Shown here in pieces: positions 1 to 10,228 of a DNA stretch of 64,000 bases. The position numbers and the translations under genes are program-made. The notes under the pieces were generated by a model. That model was given only the letters and a program-made list of their open reading frames with translations. It was not told the origin of the DNA and did no database searches. Location: contig JBHLNS010000006.1 in the NCBI GenBank assembly GCA_048941285.1, positions 32,001-96,000 of the forward strand, written 5' to 3'. This DNA is from Promethearchaeota archaeon. Its GTDB lineage: Archaea; Asgardarchaeota; Lokiarchaeia; Sigyniarchaeales; SOKP01. Each line of letters opens with the position of its first letter. Position 1 is the first letter of the stretch.

Positions 1-393
1 CAAGAAGCTATAGATAAATTTGCGGATCTTACAAAAGATCATCAATATATCCATATTAATCCAGAAAAAGCGAAGAGATCAATTTATGGTGAAACTGTTG
101 CTCACGGTTTCTATGTTTTGGCCATGCTTGGATTCTTTACATTACAAGATGGAGAAAAAGATTCCATGCAATTCTACGTAACAGATGCAAAAGCAATAAT
201 CAATTACGGATTCGACAAAATAAGATTTATTTCAGCTGTTCCTGTTGGTGCGTTTATTCGGGATGTGACTTATATATCAAAAGTTGAGTTAGTTAAGCGA
301 GGTATGAAATTCACTTCTCATCACATAATCGAAATTAAAGGACAAGAAAAACCTGCTCTTATAGCAGATTGGATTAATCTTCTTGTTTTATAA
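1..393 (+). CDS. MaoC-like (hotdog-fold) dehydratase, 5'-truncated by window edge
   Basis: Frame 1 is open from base 1: QEAIDKFADLTKDHQYIHINPEKAKRSIYGETVAHG, a hydratase-2 motif (DxQxIH...AHG), followed by NYGFDKIRF. Confidence 0.88.
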   Translation, partial: QEAIDKFADLTKDHQYIHINPEKAKRSIYGETVAHGFYVLAMLGFFTLQDGEKDSMQFYVTDAKAIINYGFDKIRFISAVPVGAFIRDVTYISKVELVKRGMKFTSHHIIEIKGQEKPALIADWINLLVL

Positions 394-439
394 ATTAAAT
401 TAAAATTCATTAAATATATCTTGATTCTATATAAATAAA

Positions 440-796
440 TCAGTTTGTAATTATTTTTTGCAGTGAATTTTCAATTTCTTGTATTTCTTCTGAATTAGGT
501 CTTAAAATAAATGATTTCTCTCTGGTTTTTTCTTGAATTATTATGAATCCAGACCCTTTCACCCTATCTTTAATGTGATTCTTCCTATTTTGGGCAGCTA
601 AATTCAAAATTGAAACTATATAATCATATTGAGTCTTATTTAATTCTTTTTTTAAATAATCTCCACCATTATAAAAACCACTCGAACTATTATATGGTTT
701 TATAGGAATATATTCAATTGTTTCTGCATTTATAATATATTTATTACCATTTCCATCGAAATAATAGTAAATTTTTATAATAGAATTAAGACCCAT
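440..796 (-). CDS. hypothetical protein
   Basis: 118 aa ORF with a GGGGA RBS-like motif upstream, directly downstream of the MoaD-like gene; no recognisable motif. Confidence 0.7.
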   Translation of the reverse strand: MGLNSIIKIYYYFDGNGNKYIINAETIEYIPIKPYNSSSGFYNGGDYLKKELNKTQYDYIVSILNLAAQNRKNHIKDRVKGSGFIIIQEKTREKSFILRPNSEEIQEIENSLQKIITN

Positions 797-829
797 TTTC
801 CATCCCCTTGATTTATAACAAATACAGAA

Positions 830-1111
830 TTATCCACCAACTAATGGTGGTGATATTACTATTTGATCTCCATCTTTTAGTTTTGTGTTTAATTCATCTA
901 GAAATAGATAATTCCTCCCATTTACCAAAATTACAACATGGCTCTCTAATTTTCCTTTTGGGGTTATAAAATTTTTTCGTATTTTGTTTCCATGTTCATT
1001 CATGAATAGTTCGATAACTTCTCCTAATGTATCAACTTCAGAATAATCGATCTGAGATAGACCTACATCAGTAGAAAATATAGTCATCAATTTAAGCGTA
1101 ACATGCACCAT
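830..1111 (-). CDS. MoaD/ThiS/SAMP family ubiquitin-like sulfur carrier
   Basis: 93 aa; ILVNGRN...LKDGD..I.PPLVGG with C-terminal GG. Confidence 0.9.
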   Translation of the reverse strand: MVHVTLKLMTIFSTDVGLSQIDYSEVDTLGEVIELFMNEHGNKIRKNFITPKGKLESHVVILVNGRNYLFLDELNTKLKDGDQIVISPPLVGG

Positions 1112-1241
1112 TAAATCATTAATATTCTATTGATGTTAAAAATTTTATTCAATAGAATTATAAAGATTAATCACAAGGTTAAAAATTTTTAAATAATATT
1201 TTCAAGTAACACATTAAATCCTCTCAATTCAAGTGAAGTGA

Positions 1242-2792
1242 ATGAATTCCAGAAATGGCTTAATTGAAAAATTAAATGGTATTATAAAAAAAGGGCAAAT
1301 ATTAACAGATTTAGAGGATCTTTATATTTATTCTTTTGAACAAATATTTCTAGATCAAAAGTCTACAAAGCCAGATATTGTTGTTCGAGTATCCTCTTCA
1401 GACGAAGAAAATGAACTTAGAAAATTAGCTGAAAAAGAGGATATCATTTTAATCGAGAGAGGAAAAGGCAATAATCAATTTTTTCATAATACTTCAAAGA
1501 CTGTATTATTATTGGATAATGTTGAAGCCCCTAAACTTGAGAGTTGCCTTGATGAGTCAAATCATAAAGAAGATTTTATCTCAAGTTTAAAAAAATTTCC
1601 TCTAAGTGGAGCTGGAACTTATAAAAACCTTGCTTTAGCAGTGCAAAATTTACTTGTAGGGAAGATTTTAAACAAATGTCAAAAATGTACAACTTGCAGT
1701 GGATATTGTACTGTAAGTCCTTATTTTAATGGAATCGAGACCTATTCTTCAAAAGGTAGAATGCTTATCACAAAGGGTATAATGAAAGGAGATTTAGAGT
1801 TTTCTGATAAAGTTGTAGATATTTTATACAATTGTACTAAGTGTGGCCTTTGTTTTGCTCAGTGCTTTCAAGATTTAGAATTTCATGAAGCAATACTTTA
1901 TTTAAGAAATAAAATAGCTAAAAATAATTTAGTCCCAGATATTTTTCATACAGCAGCTAAGCATATTTTTGAGCATGGAGATCCTAGTGCTATATCTGCT
2001 CGACATCGACTCTCTAGAGTGAAAAATTATTCTAAATTATTATTACCAAAAAAGGCAAAAACTCTTGGGTGGCTAGGATGCACAGTAGCAACTCGAACTC
2101 CTAAAACTGCTGAATCCTTTATCAATGTTTTGAAAAAAGTTAACCAAGATTTCACTATGCTAGGAAAAGAAGAGGGATGCTGTGGATATGTCTTAATATC
2201 AGCTGGCTTGTGGGATGAAGCAAAAAAGATTGCGAGTGATGTAATTAAAAGAGTTGAAAATACCAATGCGGAAACACTTATAACACCTTGTTCTGGTTGT
2301 TATTATACTTTCACCAGACTCTATCCTGAAGTTTTGGACAGGCAAATGCCTTGTGAAATACTTCATACATCTCAATTCTTTGAGAACTTAATAAAGACTG
2401 AAAAGGTCAAGTTAAAACCATTAGATATGAGGGTTACATATCACGATCCTTGCTCCCTTGGAAGACATAGTAATGTTTATGATGCACCACGAAATGTATT
2501 AAAAGCAATTCCAAGCCTTGAACTTATAGAATTACCAATGAATAGAAATTGTGCAAGATGTTGTGGTGGTGGTGGCGGATTATGGTCATATAATAATGAT
2601 GCAAGTTTAAAATCAACGCAGGCAAGACTTAAAGAAGATTTAATTCCAATAAATGTAAATGTTTTAACAACTGCTTGTCCACAATGCCAATTAAATTTCC
2701 GGTTTGCTTCCCGTATGAAAAAAATCGGTGATAAAGCTACGAAAATTTATGATATCACAGAATTATTTGATAGAGCGATGCAATTTGACTAA
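1242..2792 (+). CDS. GlcF/HdrD-like Fe-S oxidoreductase (CCG domains) with a vestigial N-terminal FAD-binding segment
   Basis: CxxCxxCxxxC motifs, EGCCG, YHDPC.LGR, CCGGGGG, TACPQC. Confidence 0.88.
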   Translation: MNSRNGLIEKLNGIIKKGQILTDLEDLYIYSFEQIFLDQKSTKPDIVVRVSSSDEENELRKLAEKEDIILIERGKGNNQFFHNTSKTVLLLDNVEAPKLESCLDESNHKEDFISSLKKFPLSGAGTYKNLALAVQNLLVGKILNKCQKCTTCSGYCTVSPYFNGIETYSSKGRMLITKGIMKGDLEFSDKVVDILYNCTKCGLCFAQCFQDLEFHEAILYLRNKIAKNNLVPDIFHTAAKHIFEHGDPSAISARHRLSRVKNYSKLLLPKKAKTLGWLGCTVATRTPKTAESFINVLKKVNQDFTMLGKEEGCCGYVLISAGLWDEAKKIASDVIKRVENTNAETLITPCSGCYYTFTRLYPEVLDRQMPCEILHTSQFFENLIKTEKVKLKPLDMRVTYHDPCSLGRHSNVYDAPRNVLKAIPSLELIELPMNRNCARCCGGGGGLWSYNNDASLKSTQARLKEDLIPINVNVLTTACPQCQLNFRFASRMKKIGDKATKIYDITELFDRAMQFD

Positions 2793-2800
2793 TTTAAATA

Positions 2801-4474
2801 TTATTTTTCAATAAATTTTTCAGAGGGACTAGTTTCTTGAGGAGGAAGTCTTTTTTTTTCGAAAAAGTCCAATGGAAGACTTCTTTTTATTCTGGACATT
2901 CCCGCTACTAATACTATAGTGATTACTATCATCGATATTAATAATACAAAAGGAAATTGGGGTATAGTGTATACTCCAATATTTATATTATTGCCACTAA
3001 ATGTATTGTTTGTAATTTCAATGGAAGAACAGTAATATCGATAAATCCCGACATAATTATTTGAGATTGTGTTCATTTCAATGATAATATTAGTACTCCA
3101 AAGAAGATATATACCATAATTATCGTGATCGTCAATTGTATTTCCCAAAATATTAGTATAATAGCTATAGTATACAGATATTCCATTGTAAGTATTATCT
3201 AAAGTATTATCAGTGATATTATTAAAATTGCTATAGGATATTTCCATTCCAATATAATTATCTATCACTATGTTTCTTGAAATAATCGTGTAAGTACTTA
3301 CATATAATTCTAATCCTGCCCAATCATTAGATTGCATTGTGTTTCTGGAAATGATGTTATGATCACAAGAAGATTGATATATTCCATTTTGGTTGTCATA
3401 CATGATGTTTTTTGAGATTTTGTTATAATCACTATATTGCAAATAAATACCTCCCCCCCCATTAAATTGTACTGTGTTTTCTAAAATAAAGTTGTTATCA
3501 CTATTCCAAATCCGTATACCATGTATATCACTGTTCATTACTAGATTTTCTGAAATATTATTGTAATTGCCATGCTCTATTGATATCCCATAATAACTGT
3601 GATGATTTATCCTATTCTCTTTTATTAGGTTATAATTACATCTATTAAAACCTATTCCATAAATTCCATTTGAATTAAAAATATTATCTGTAAGATTGTT
3701 ATCATTACTATTATATGAGCCAACTCCACCTACATCATTTTCACTTAAGACATTACTTGTAATATTGTTGTTATTACTATTTAATAAACCGATACCTAGG
3801 TCATTTTCGGTAGCTTCATTAATTGAAATTGTGTTATAGCTACTATCACCCAACCCTATTCCATAATCATTGTTCAGATAAGCGTTATTATTTGAAATTG
3901 AATTATTATGACTATTATCTAAGCCTATACCGCCCACCAAATTTTCATATGTTGTGTTATTCGCAATAATGTTTTGATTGCTATTTGACAAACCGATCCC
4001 TACTAAATCATTATCCTGAGCCGTGTTATTGATTATTTTTGAGTTACTAACATTCCTTAAGGAAATCCCTGCTAATGAAGCTTTCAAAACTGTACAATTT
4101 TTGATTACAAAATATTTAATTGAATTCTCTATACGAATACAGTTATCAAAATTCTTATTAACGTCAATAGTTATACTTTCTAAAATATACGGATTAGAAA
4201 TTGTTCCATTACCACCTCCAAACCATGCTTCTCCCTCGGCCCACGTCCAATTATTTGTTCCATGGTCATTTATTTCAATTGGAGATGACAATTCCCAATA
4301 ACCTGATGTCTCTAGATTTTCGTTATCTAAATTAACTTTATCGTTATTTTCTAAACTTCCAAATTGATATCTCATGATATATAAATTGAGATAGCTATTA
4401 ACGAAAGAAAACATTGTGAAAATGATTCCTATTGAAATAATAATTATTTTTGCTTTTCTAAACTTAGTCATCAC
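2801..4474 (-). CDS. membrane-anchored right-handed beta-helix (NosD/CASH-like) protein
   Basis: Many GIxLxxSxxNxIxxN repeats of about 22-24 aa; N- and C-terminal hydrophobic helices. Confidence 0.85.
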   Translation of the reverse strand: MMTKFRKAKIIIISIGIIFTMFSFVNSYLNLYIMRYQFGSLENNDKVNLDNENLETSGYWELSSPIEINDHGTNNWTWAEGEAWFGGGNGTISNPYILESITIDVNKNFDNCIRIENSIKYFVIKNCTVLKASLAGISLRNVSNSKIINNTAQDNDLVGIGLSNSNQNIIANNTTYENLVGGIGLDNSHNNSISNNNAYLNNDYGIGLGDSSYNTISINEATENDLGIGLLNSNNNNITSNVLSENDVGGVGSYNSNDNNLTDNIFNSNGIYGIGFNRCNYNLIKENRINHHSYYGISIEHGNYNNISENLVMNSDIHGIRIWNSDNNFILENTVQFNGGGGIYLQYSDYNKISKNIMYDNQNGIYQSSCDHNIISRNTMQSNDWAGLELYVSTYTIISRNIVIDNYIGMEISYSNFNNITDNTLDNTYNGISVYYSYYTNILGNTIDDHDNYGIYLLWSTNIIIEMNTISNNYVGIYRYYCSSIEITNNTFSGNNINIGVYTIPQFPFVLLISMIVITIVLVAGMSRIKRSLPLDFFEKKRLPPQETSPSEKFIEK

Positions 4475-4693
4475 TTATTCGCCAAAAATGTAATAATCGT
4501 AAATAAAAAGATCATTAATTGGTATTTAATGTTTTAGTAAACTTTTCAACAGAACAGAACTGTGCATAATTTAGAGAAAGATTATCATTTTGCATAATAC
4601 TTAAATAATTCATTATCACAAATAATAATTATTTACTATTTTGTAAATCCACTCTTAATTAGAATTACTTTATAACTTTTAGAAGTGATATAA

Positions 4694-5623
4694 TTGATTG
4701 ATCCTTCGATGTTTATTGCTCCCTTTGCGATTTTATATGCATTATATATCACTCTTGTATACCTAGCAATTTATGCAAGAAAAAAAATTTTAGAAGAAGG
4801 TAAAAATTGGAGAGGTATCCCAATATTTTTGGGGATAGTAGCTTTCTTTGTTGTGATTGGTGTAATATTCTTTGGGATCTATACGTTGTTTATTTTGTGG
4901 TATGCAGCTTTCTTCATTATACCGACTCTTATTGCTTTACCATTAATATTCGCTTACAGGGCAAATTCCAAAATAAAGAGAAGAGATATATTGGAATATG
5001 AAGTACTCCACAGAGAAATGAGTTGGAGTGAGACTTTGGGGATGATAGGTCCTGTTCTCGTTTTAATCGGATGTGTGATGCTTTTTATCTCGTCTTTTCT
5101 TTATGTAATTTTTGGATGGTATTATATAAATTATTTATCTACTCTATTTACTTGGGGGTGTAGCCTATTAGGTTTCAGCGGAATAATTCTTGGGTTAAAA
5201 GGAAGAGCTTATGGAAGATTTCTTTGTTTTCTTGCTGGAGTCTTAATTGTAGCAGGAATGTATATTCCATTCGGGTTTTATCTTACCATAACTATGTTTA
5301 TGTTTGATCCATATATCGTTGGAATTGGAGCTATACTCAGTATTATCTCTGGAAAAAATTTTTTGGTATATTACTTGAGAAGAAGCGAAATTACTGAGAG
5401 ATTTATTAGTATTGAAGATGAAATAGATAAAGTAAAGGACTTAAAATTATTTCTGCAAGAAAAATTAGGCTCAGATTGGGAGAAAATAAAGATAAGTTTT
5501 GAAGCTTATCAAGCCGGTGAATTGGATAAAAAAACATTCATAGCAACTGCTATCAAGAATATTGGGAATAACTTTATTGACATATTTAAAGAATTAAAAG
5601 GAGGGAAACCAAGTGAAATATGA
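4694..5623 (+). CDS. multi-pass membrane protein with a small C-terminal helical domain
   Basis: 309 aa ORF, about 7 hydrophobic segments, TTG start after GAAGTGA. Confidence 0.75.
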   Translation: MIDPSMFIAPFAILYALYITLVYLAIYARKKILEEGKNWRGIPIFLGIVAFFVVIGVIFFGIYTLFILWYAAFFIIPTLIALPLIFAYRANSKIKRRDILEYEVLHREMSWSETLGMIGPVLVLIGCVMLFISSFLYVIFGWYYINYLSTLFTWGCSLLGFSGIILGLKGRAYGRFLCFLAGVLIVAGMYIPFGFYLTITMFMFDPYIVGIGAILSIISGKNFLVYYLRRSEITERFISIEDEIDKVKDLKLFLQEKLGSDWEKIKISFEAYQAGELDKKTFIATAIKNIGNNFIDIFKELKGGKPSEI

Positions 5624-6302
5624 AAATTGGAGACAGATTGCTTTTCTTTTAACTATAATAAATTGCATACAATCTCTTATCTTTACTAGTTTAGCAATGC
5701 TTTTTTACCCTGGAGGTACATTTTCAGATCCTAATACTGATGGTTATTCCTTTTTTGGAAATATCTTTAGTGACTTAGGTAGGTTTACTGCTCATTCAGG
5801 TGAATCAAATTTTATTTCCTTTATCATGTATAATACTTCATTATTCGCAATGGGTGTGTTATTTATTCCATTCTTCATAGCAATACCCTATCTGTTTAAA
5901 AAAGAAGGAGAAGGAAAAGGGTTGGCAAAAATAAGTTCTCTATTAGGGATATTAGTTGTAGTAGCGATGGCAGGCGCTAGTCTTACTCCCGCGGATCTTT
6001 ATTATGTCATTCATGTTAGTTTTGGATTTTTTAGTTTCATTGCTTTACTTCCTTTAACGATTTTATATACATTAGCAATTTTTCAAAATAAAGCATATCA
6101 TAAACATTATGCTTATGTGAATATAGTTTTTGGTATAATGCAGATTATTTTTTTATTAATAATGTCCTTCAGTGCTAGTGAAACCGGAGTATCAACAACC
6201 TTTGCAGCTGGTCAAAATATCATTGTTATAGCCATGTTAAGTTGCTTTCTTATTCAAGCTTATGGTGCAAGGAAATTAGATAAAAGTATGATAAATTCAT
6301 AG
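5613..6302 (+). CDS. DUF998-like membrane protein
   Basis: YPGG...YSFFGNIFSDLG motif and about 6 TM helices. Confidence 0.7.
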   Translation: MKYENWRQIAFLLTIINCIQSLIFTSLAMLFYPGGTFSDPNTDGYSFFGNIFSDLGRFTAHSGESNFISFIMYNTSLFAMGVLFIPFFIAIPYLFKKEGEGKGLAKISSLLGILVVVAMAGASLTPADLYYVIHVSFGFFSFIALLPLTILYTLAIFQNKAYHKHYAYVNIVFGIMQIIFLLIMSFSASETGVSTTFAAGQNIIVIAMLSCFLIQAYGARKLDKSMINS

Positions 6303-6339
6303 AAATAATAAAATATATATCTAAAACAAAATTAGTCTT

Positions 6340-6495
6340 TTATTTTGCTAAACCTCGAACTTTTGGTTGCCCTGGCCAAGGCCATGAGATCCTATATTTA
6401 ACATTACAATGAGGACAAATAGCTTCTTTGGCATTTGGTTGAACAGGAAATCTTTCAAGACAATTCATACACCTACATTTAGGATTTTCACTCAA
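6340..6495 (-). CDS. small zinc-ribbon protein, 51 aa, not in the ORF track
   Basis: Hand translation MSENPKCRCMNCLERFPVQPNAKEAICPHCNVKYRISWPWPGQPKVRGLAK*; TTG start with an AGGTGAG RBS upstream; CxxC and CPHC pairs. Confidence 0.75.
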   Translation of the reverse strand: MSENPKCRCMNCLERFPVQPNAKEAICPHCNVKYRISWPWPGQPKVRGLAK

Positions 6496-6833
6496 AAATA
6501 GCTCACCTATTTACATAAAACGTTTCAAGACTAATTTTTAATTATAAGAGTTTAACAATCGTTCTATAGAATTTTTATTTTTAAATTTATACTTAAATGA
6601 TGCTCCTATTACTACTTTATTATAATCTACTACTTATTAGTTTTCGTTGAAATATTTAAATCTAATGGATAATATAAATAAAAGGCAAAATATTTTTAAT
6701 CTTGCAAGTGAATACTAGTATTAAGATTAATTCTGAGTTCAAATCTGAGGTAGATGTGGGCACATTTTCCCATTACACTGAAATACATAGAGATTTGTTT
6801 TAAACCAAAAATGAAAGATAAGGGTGGAAGATT

Positions 6834-8723
6834 ATAGTTTGGAATAAAGAGATTGCTTACATTGATTTGTCTACTGGTGAAATTACAAAAAAGCAAATTC
6901 CAAAACAGATACGAAAGCAATTTTTAGGTGGTAGAGGGATAAATATGTATCTCTTATATAATCATCTCTCTCCTGGTATTGATCCTTTGAGCCCTGAAAA
7001 TGTATTGCTTATTGGTGCAGGCCTATTGACTGGCATCCCAGCAATGGGAAGCGGAAGGTGTGATATCGCGGCAAAATCGCCTATAACAGGAGCTATTGGA
7101 GATTCAAATATAGGAGGCTTTTTTGCTCCCGAAATGAGAATGGCTGGATTTGATCATCTGGTAATAACTGGAAAAGCTGAGAAACCTAGTTATCTTTGGA
7201 TACACGATGGAGAGATAGAAATATTAGACGCTACACATTTGTGGGGAAAAGATACATTTGAGACACAAGAATTGATTAGGGAAGATCATGGGGACGAAGA
7301 AATCAAATCTTTAGTAATAGGTAAAGCAGGAGAAAATCTTGTCCGTTTTGCTAATATTAGAACTGGTATGAAAAACTCTGCTGGACGGACAGGTATGGGC
7401 TGTGTTATGGGCTCTAAAAATTTAAAGGCTATAGCAGTTCGCGGAACTATGGATATTGAATTCACTCACCCAGAGGATCTATTGACCTATTGTAAAGAAA
7501 TGATCGACAAAGTTATGAAGAATCGATATTCTAGAGCTGCGTCAAAGTGGGGTACTCTAATCATTTATAGTACTACAAATACTACAGGACTAATTCGAAC
7601 AAGAAACTTCCAATTAAATCAGTTAGAACAGGGTTGGGCTATTGAACCTGAAGAAATGGATAAGTATACAATTGGAATGTCAGGCTGCTATGGATGTCCA
7701 GTAAGTTGTCGTCATCGTTATACCATGAAAGAAGGTTCTTTTGCTCCATTTTTTGCTGAAGGTCCAGAATATACTTCTCTAGGAGCGTTTGGAACTATGG
7801 TTGACTGTAAAGAAATGGATACTATTCTTGTAGCAAACCATCTAGTTAACAAGTATGGATTGGATACATTAGAAACTGGGGGGCTTATCGCCTGGGCAAT
7901 GGAATTATACGAGAAGGGCATTATTAACGAAGCTCTGACAAATGGCTTGAAACTTGAATGGGGTAATAAAGATGTTCTTTATGAGTTAATTAGAAAAATA
8001 GCCTATCGGGAAGGTTTTGGCAATATACTTGCTGATGGTTTCAAACTTGCAATACCAAAAATAGGCGAAGAATCTAGATATTATGCTATTGAAGTTAAAG
8101 GTATGAGTAATTTACATTCAGATGAACGTCCCACTCCTAGTCTAGCATTAGGTATTGCTACATCGACAAGGGGTGCAGATCATTTGAGAGGACGTCCAGC
8201 TATTGACCTATATGGGTTGCCAGAAGACTTTTTGGAAGAGATCTATGGAGGAAAAATGTCTTCAGACTATCGAGAATATAAAGGAAAGAGCCGAATGGTA
8301 TGGTGGCAAGAACTATTATACTCAGTTACCGATTCAATTGGCACCTGCAAATTTCAAACAGTTTTTCTAGCTGTTCATGCTCCAAAATGGGAGGAATTTT
8401 CAAAATTAATCTATTTAGCTTCAGGAATGGAGTTTTCAAGCTCTCAGCTCATGGATATTGGCGAAAGAATTTACACTCTAGAAAGAATGTTTAATATTAG
8501 AGAAGGATTTTCAAGAAAAGATGACAGTTTACCTGAAAGATACTTTGAAGAACCAACACCTATAGGATTACCAAGAGTAAAAGGACTTAAAATAGAAAGA
8601 GAAAAATTTGAAAGAATGCTTGATGAGCATTATAATCTTCATGGGTGGGATAAAAAGGGAGTACCTACTGAAGAAACTCTCCGAAGACTTGGAATTGAGA
8701 AGGAACCAACACATATTATCTAA
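6834..8723 (+). CDS. aor: tungsten-dependent aldehyde:ferredoxin oxidoreductase family protein (probable ATA start; ORF track starts at 6867)
   Basis: FLGGRG, KSPITG, AGRTGMGCVMGSKNLKAI, CYGCPVSC, EGPEY, RGADH. Confidence 0.93.
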   Translation: MVWNKEIAYIDLSTGEITKKQIPKQIRKQFLGGRGINMYLLYNHLSPGIDPLSPENVLLIGAGLLTGIPAMGSGRCDIAAKSPITGAIGDSNIGGFFAPEMRMAGFDHLVITGKAEKPSYLWIHDGEIEILDATHLWGKDTFETQELIREDHGDEEIKSLVIGKAGENLVRFANIRTGMKNSAGRTGMGCVMGSKNLKAIAVRGTMDIEFTHPEDLLTYCKEMIDKVMKNRYSRAASKWGTLIIYSTTNTTGLIRTRNFQLNQLEQGWAIEPEEMDKYTIGMSGCYGCPVSCRHRYTMKEGSFAPFFAEGPEYTSLGAFGTMVDCKEMDTILVANHLVNKYGLDTLETGGLIAWAMELYEKGIINEALTNGLKLEWGNKDVLYELIRKIAYREGFGNILADGFKLAIPKIGEESRYYAIEVKGMSNLHSDERPTPSLALGIATSTRGADHLRGRPAIDLYGLPEDFLEEIYGGKMSSDYREYKGKSRMVWWQELLYSVTDSIGTCKFQTVFLAVHAPKWEEFSKLIYLASGMEFSSSQLMDIGERIYTLERMFNIREGFSRKDDSLPERYFEEPTPIGLPRVKGLKIEREKFERMLDEHYNLHGWDKKGVPTEETLRRLGIEKEPTHII

Positions 8724-8740
8724 GATCGAGGGATAGTAAA

Positions 8741-9229
8741 ATGGCAAAAATATTATTTGTTGACCCAGAAAAATGTACTGGATGTAGGTTATGTGAAAAT
8801 GCATGCTCACTTTTTCATGAGAAAGTTAGTAATCCTTCTCGAGCAAGAATTCATGTCGTAAAATGGGAAAATTCTGGTTTGTATGTCCCTATGGTTTGTC
8901 AACATTGTGAAATACCTATATGTGAGACAGTTTGTCCTATGGGAGCCGTTAGTAGAGATGAAAAGACAGGTGCAGTTATTATTAATAGAGACTTATGTGT
9001 GGGTTGTAAACTCTGTTTAACTTTTTGTCCTCTAGGGGGAATAGGAATTGATAAAAACAGAAAGATTTTAAAATGCGATCTTTGCGAAGGGGATCCCTTA
9101 TGCGTTAGATTTTGCATTCCCAATGCGCTTCAATTTTTAGATGCAAACACCATTAATCTTAAAAAAAGGAGAATTGCAGCAGAAAAGTTGTCAGAATTAA
9201 TGAAAAAGTTATTAGAGGTATCAATCTAG
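8741..9229 (+). CDS. 4Fe-4S dicluster electron-transfer subunit (AOR partner)
   Basis: Four cluster motifs: CTGCRLCENAC, CQHCEIPICETVCP, CVGCKLCLTFCP, KCDLC. Confidence 0.9.
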   Translation: MAKILFVDPEKCTGCRLCENACSLFHEKVSNPSRARIHVVKWENSGLYVPMVCQHCEIPICETVCPMGAVSRDEKTGAVIINRDLCVGCKLCLTFCPLGGIGIDKNRKILKCDLCEGDPLCVRFCIPNALQFLDANTINLKKRRIAAEKLSELMKKLLEVSI

Positions 9230-9259
9230 ATTTTTTACAAAAATTAAAGAGATTTCATT

Positions 9260-10207
9260 ATGAACGAAGAATTTAAAATAGGGATAATTGGCATTGGTCC
9301 AACTGGTGGAATTCTGGCTGCTCATCTCGCTAGGTTTGGACACAATATAATCCTTGTTGACATTAATAAGAGTCATATGGATAAAATAAAAAAGAAAGGA
9401 TTAACATTAACACATCTCAAGGAATTCACTGTTAAATTCCCTAAAGAAAATATCTGTTATTCAATTAATGAATTAGCGGATAAAGATCTAAATACTTTGT
9501 TTATTGCAGTAAAAGCTTCTCATCTTGATACTATTTTGCCTCAAATTAAAAACGTTATAAAACCTAACACAACCATAATTAGTTTACAAAATGGATTTGA
9601 TACAGAAGAACTCATTGCAGAGTATGTAGGAAAAGACAATACATTCCGAATTGTTGTTAATTATGCTGGTAATATTACAGAGAATGGGATTATCCGAATG
9701 TCATTTTTTAATCCCCCCAACTATTTAGGTGTATTATCAACTGACGCTGAAGAAAAAGCTAAGAAATTAGCAGAAGTCATCAATTTAGCGGAATTGGAAA
9801 CTTTATATACTCCAGATATCAAAAAATATGAATGGACAAAATGTATACTTAATACTATAAGTCCTGTTTGTGTCACTACACATACCACGATGAAACAGAC
9901 AATGGGATTCGAAGATACAAGAATAATATGCCGAGAAATATTACGTGAAGGAATTGAAGTTGCACATGCTCGAGGTCTTAATTTTGAACCAGATTTTTTA
10001 GATAAATGTATGAGCTATTTGGATAAAGCAGGACACCACAGAGTTTCAATGGAGGCCGATATTAATGCTGGAAATCCCTCAGAAATAGGATTTCTTAATG
10101 GAAAAATAGTAGAATATGGAGAAATCGAAGGAATACCAACACCTTATAATAAAATATTTGTTTCTTTAATCAAAGGATGTGAATTGCCGCCGATCAATCA
10201 CGAATAA
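9260..10207 (+). CDS. panE: ketopantoate reductase (PanE/ApbA) family 2-oxoacid reductase
   Basis: GIGPTGG Rossmann motif, SLQNG, W.K...N, SM..D...G..SEI..LNG. Confidence 0.88.
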   Translation: MNEEFKIGIIGIGPTGGILAAHLARFGHNIILVDINKSHMDKIKKKGLTLTHLKEFTVKFPKENICYSINELADKDLNTLFIAVKASHLDTILPQIKNVIKPNTTIISLQNGFDTEELIAEYVGKDNTFRIVVNYAGNITENGIIRMSFFNPPNYLGVLSTDAEEKAKKLAEVINLAELETLYTPDIKKYEWTKCILNTISPVCVTTHTTMKQTMGFEDTRIICREILREGIEVAHARGLNFEPDFLDKCMSYLDKAGHHRVSMEADINAGNPSEIGFLNGKIVEYGEIEGIPTPYNKIFVSLIKGCELPPINHE

Positions 10208-10228
10208 ATAACATTATTTAACTTAACT

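Noticed and set aside
2900-4200. Repetitive Asn/Ile-rich DNA
   Set aside because: Explained by beta-helix protein repeats; not a DNA repeat element
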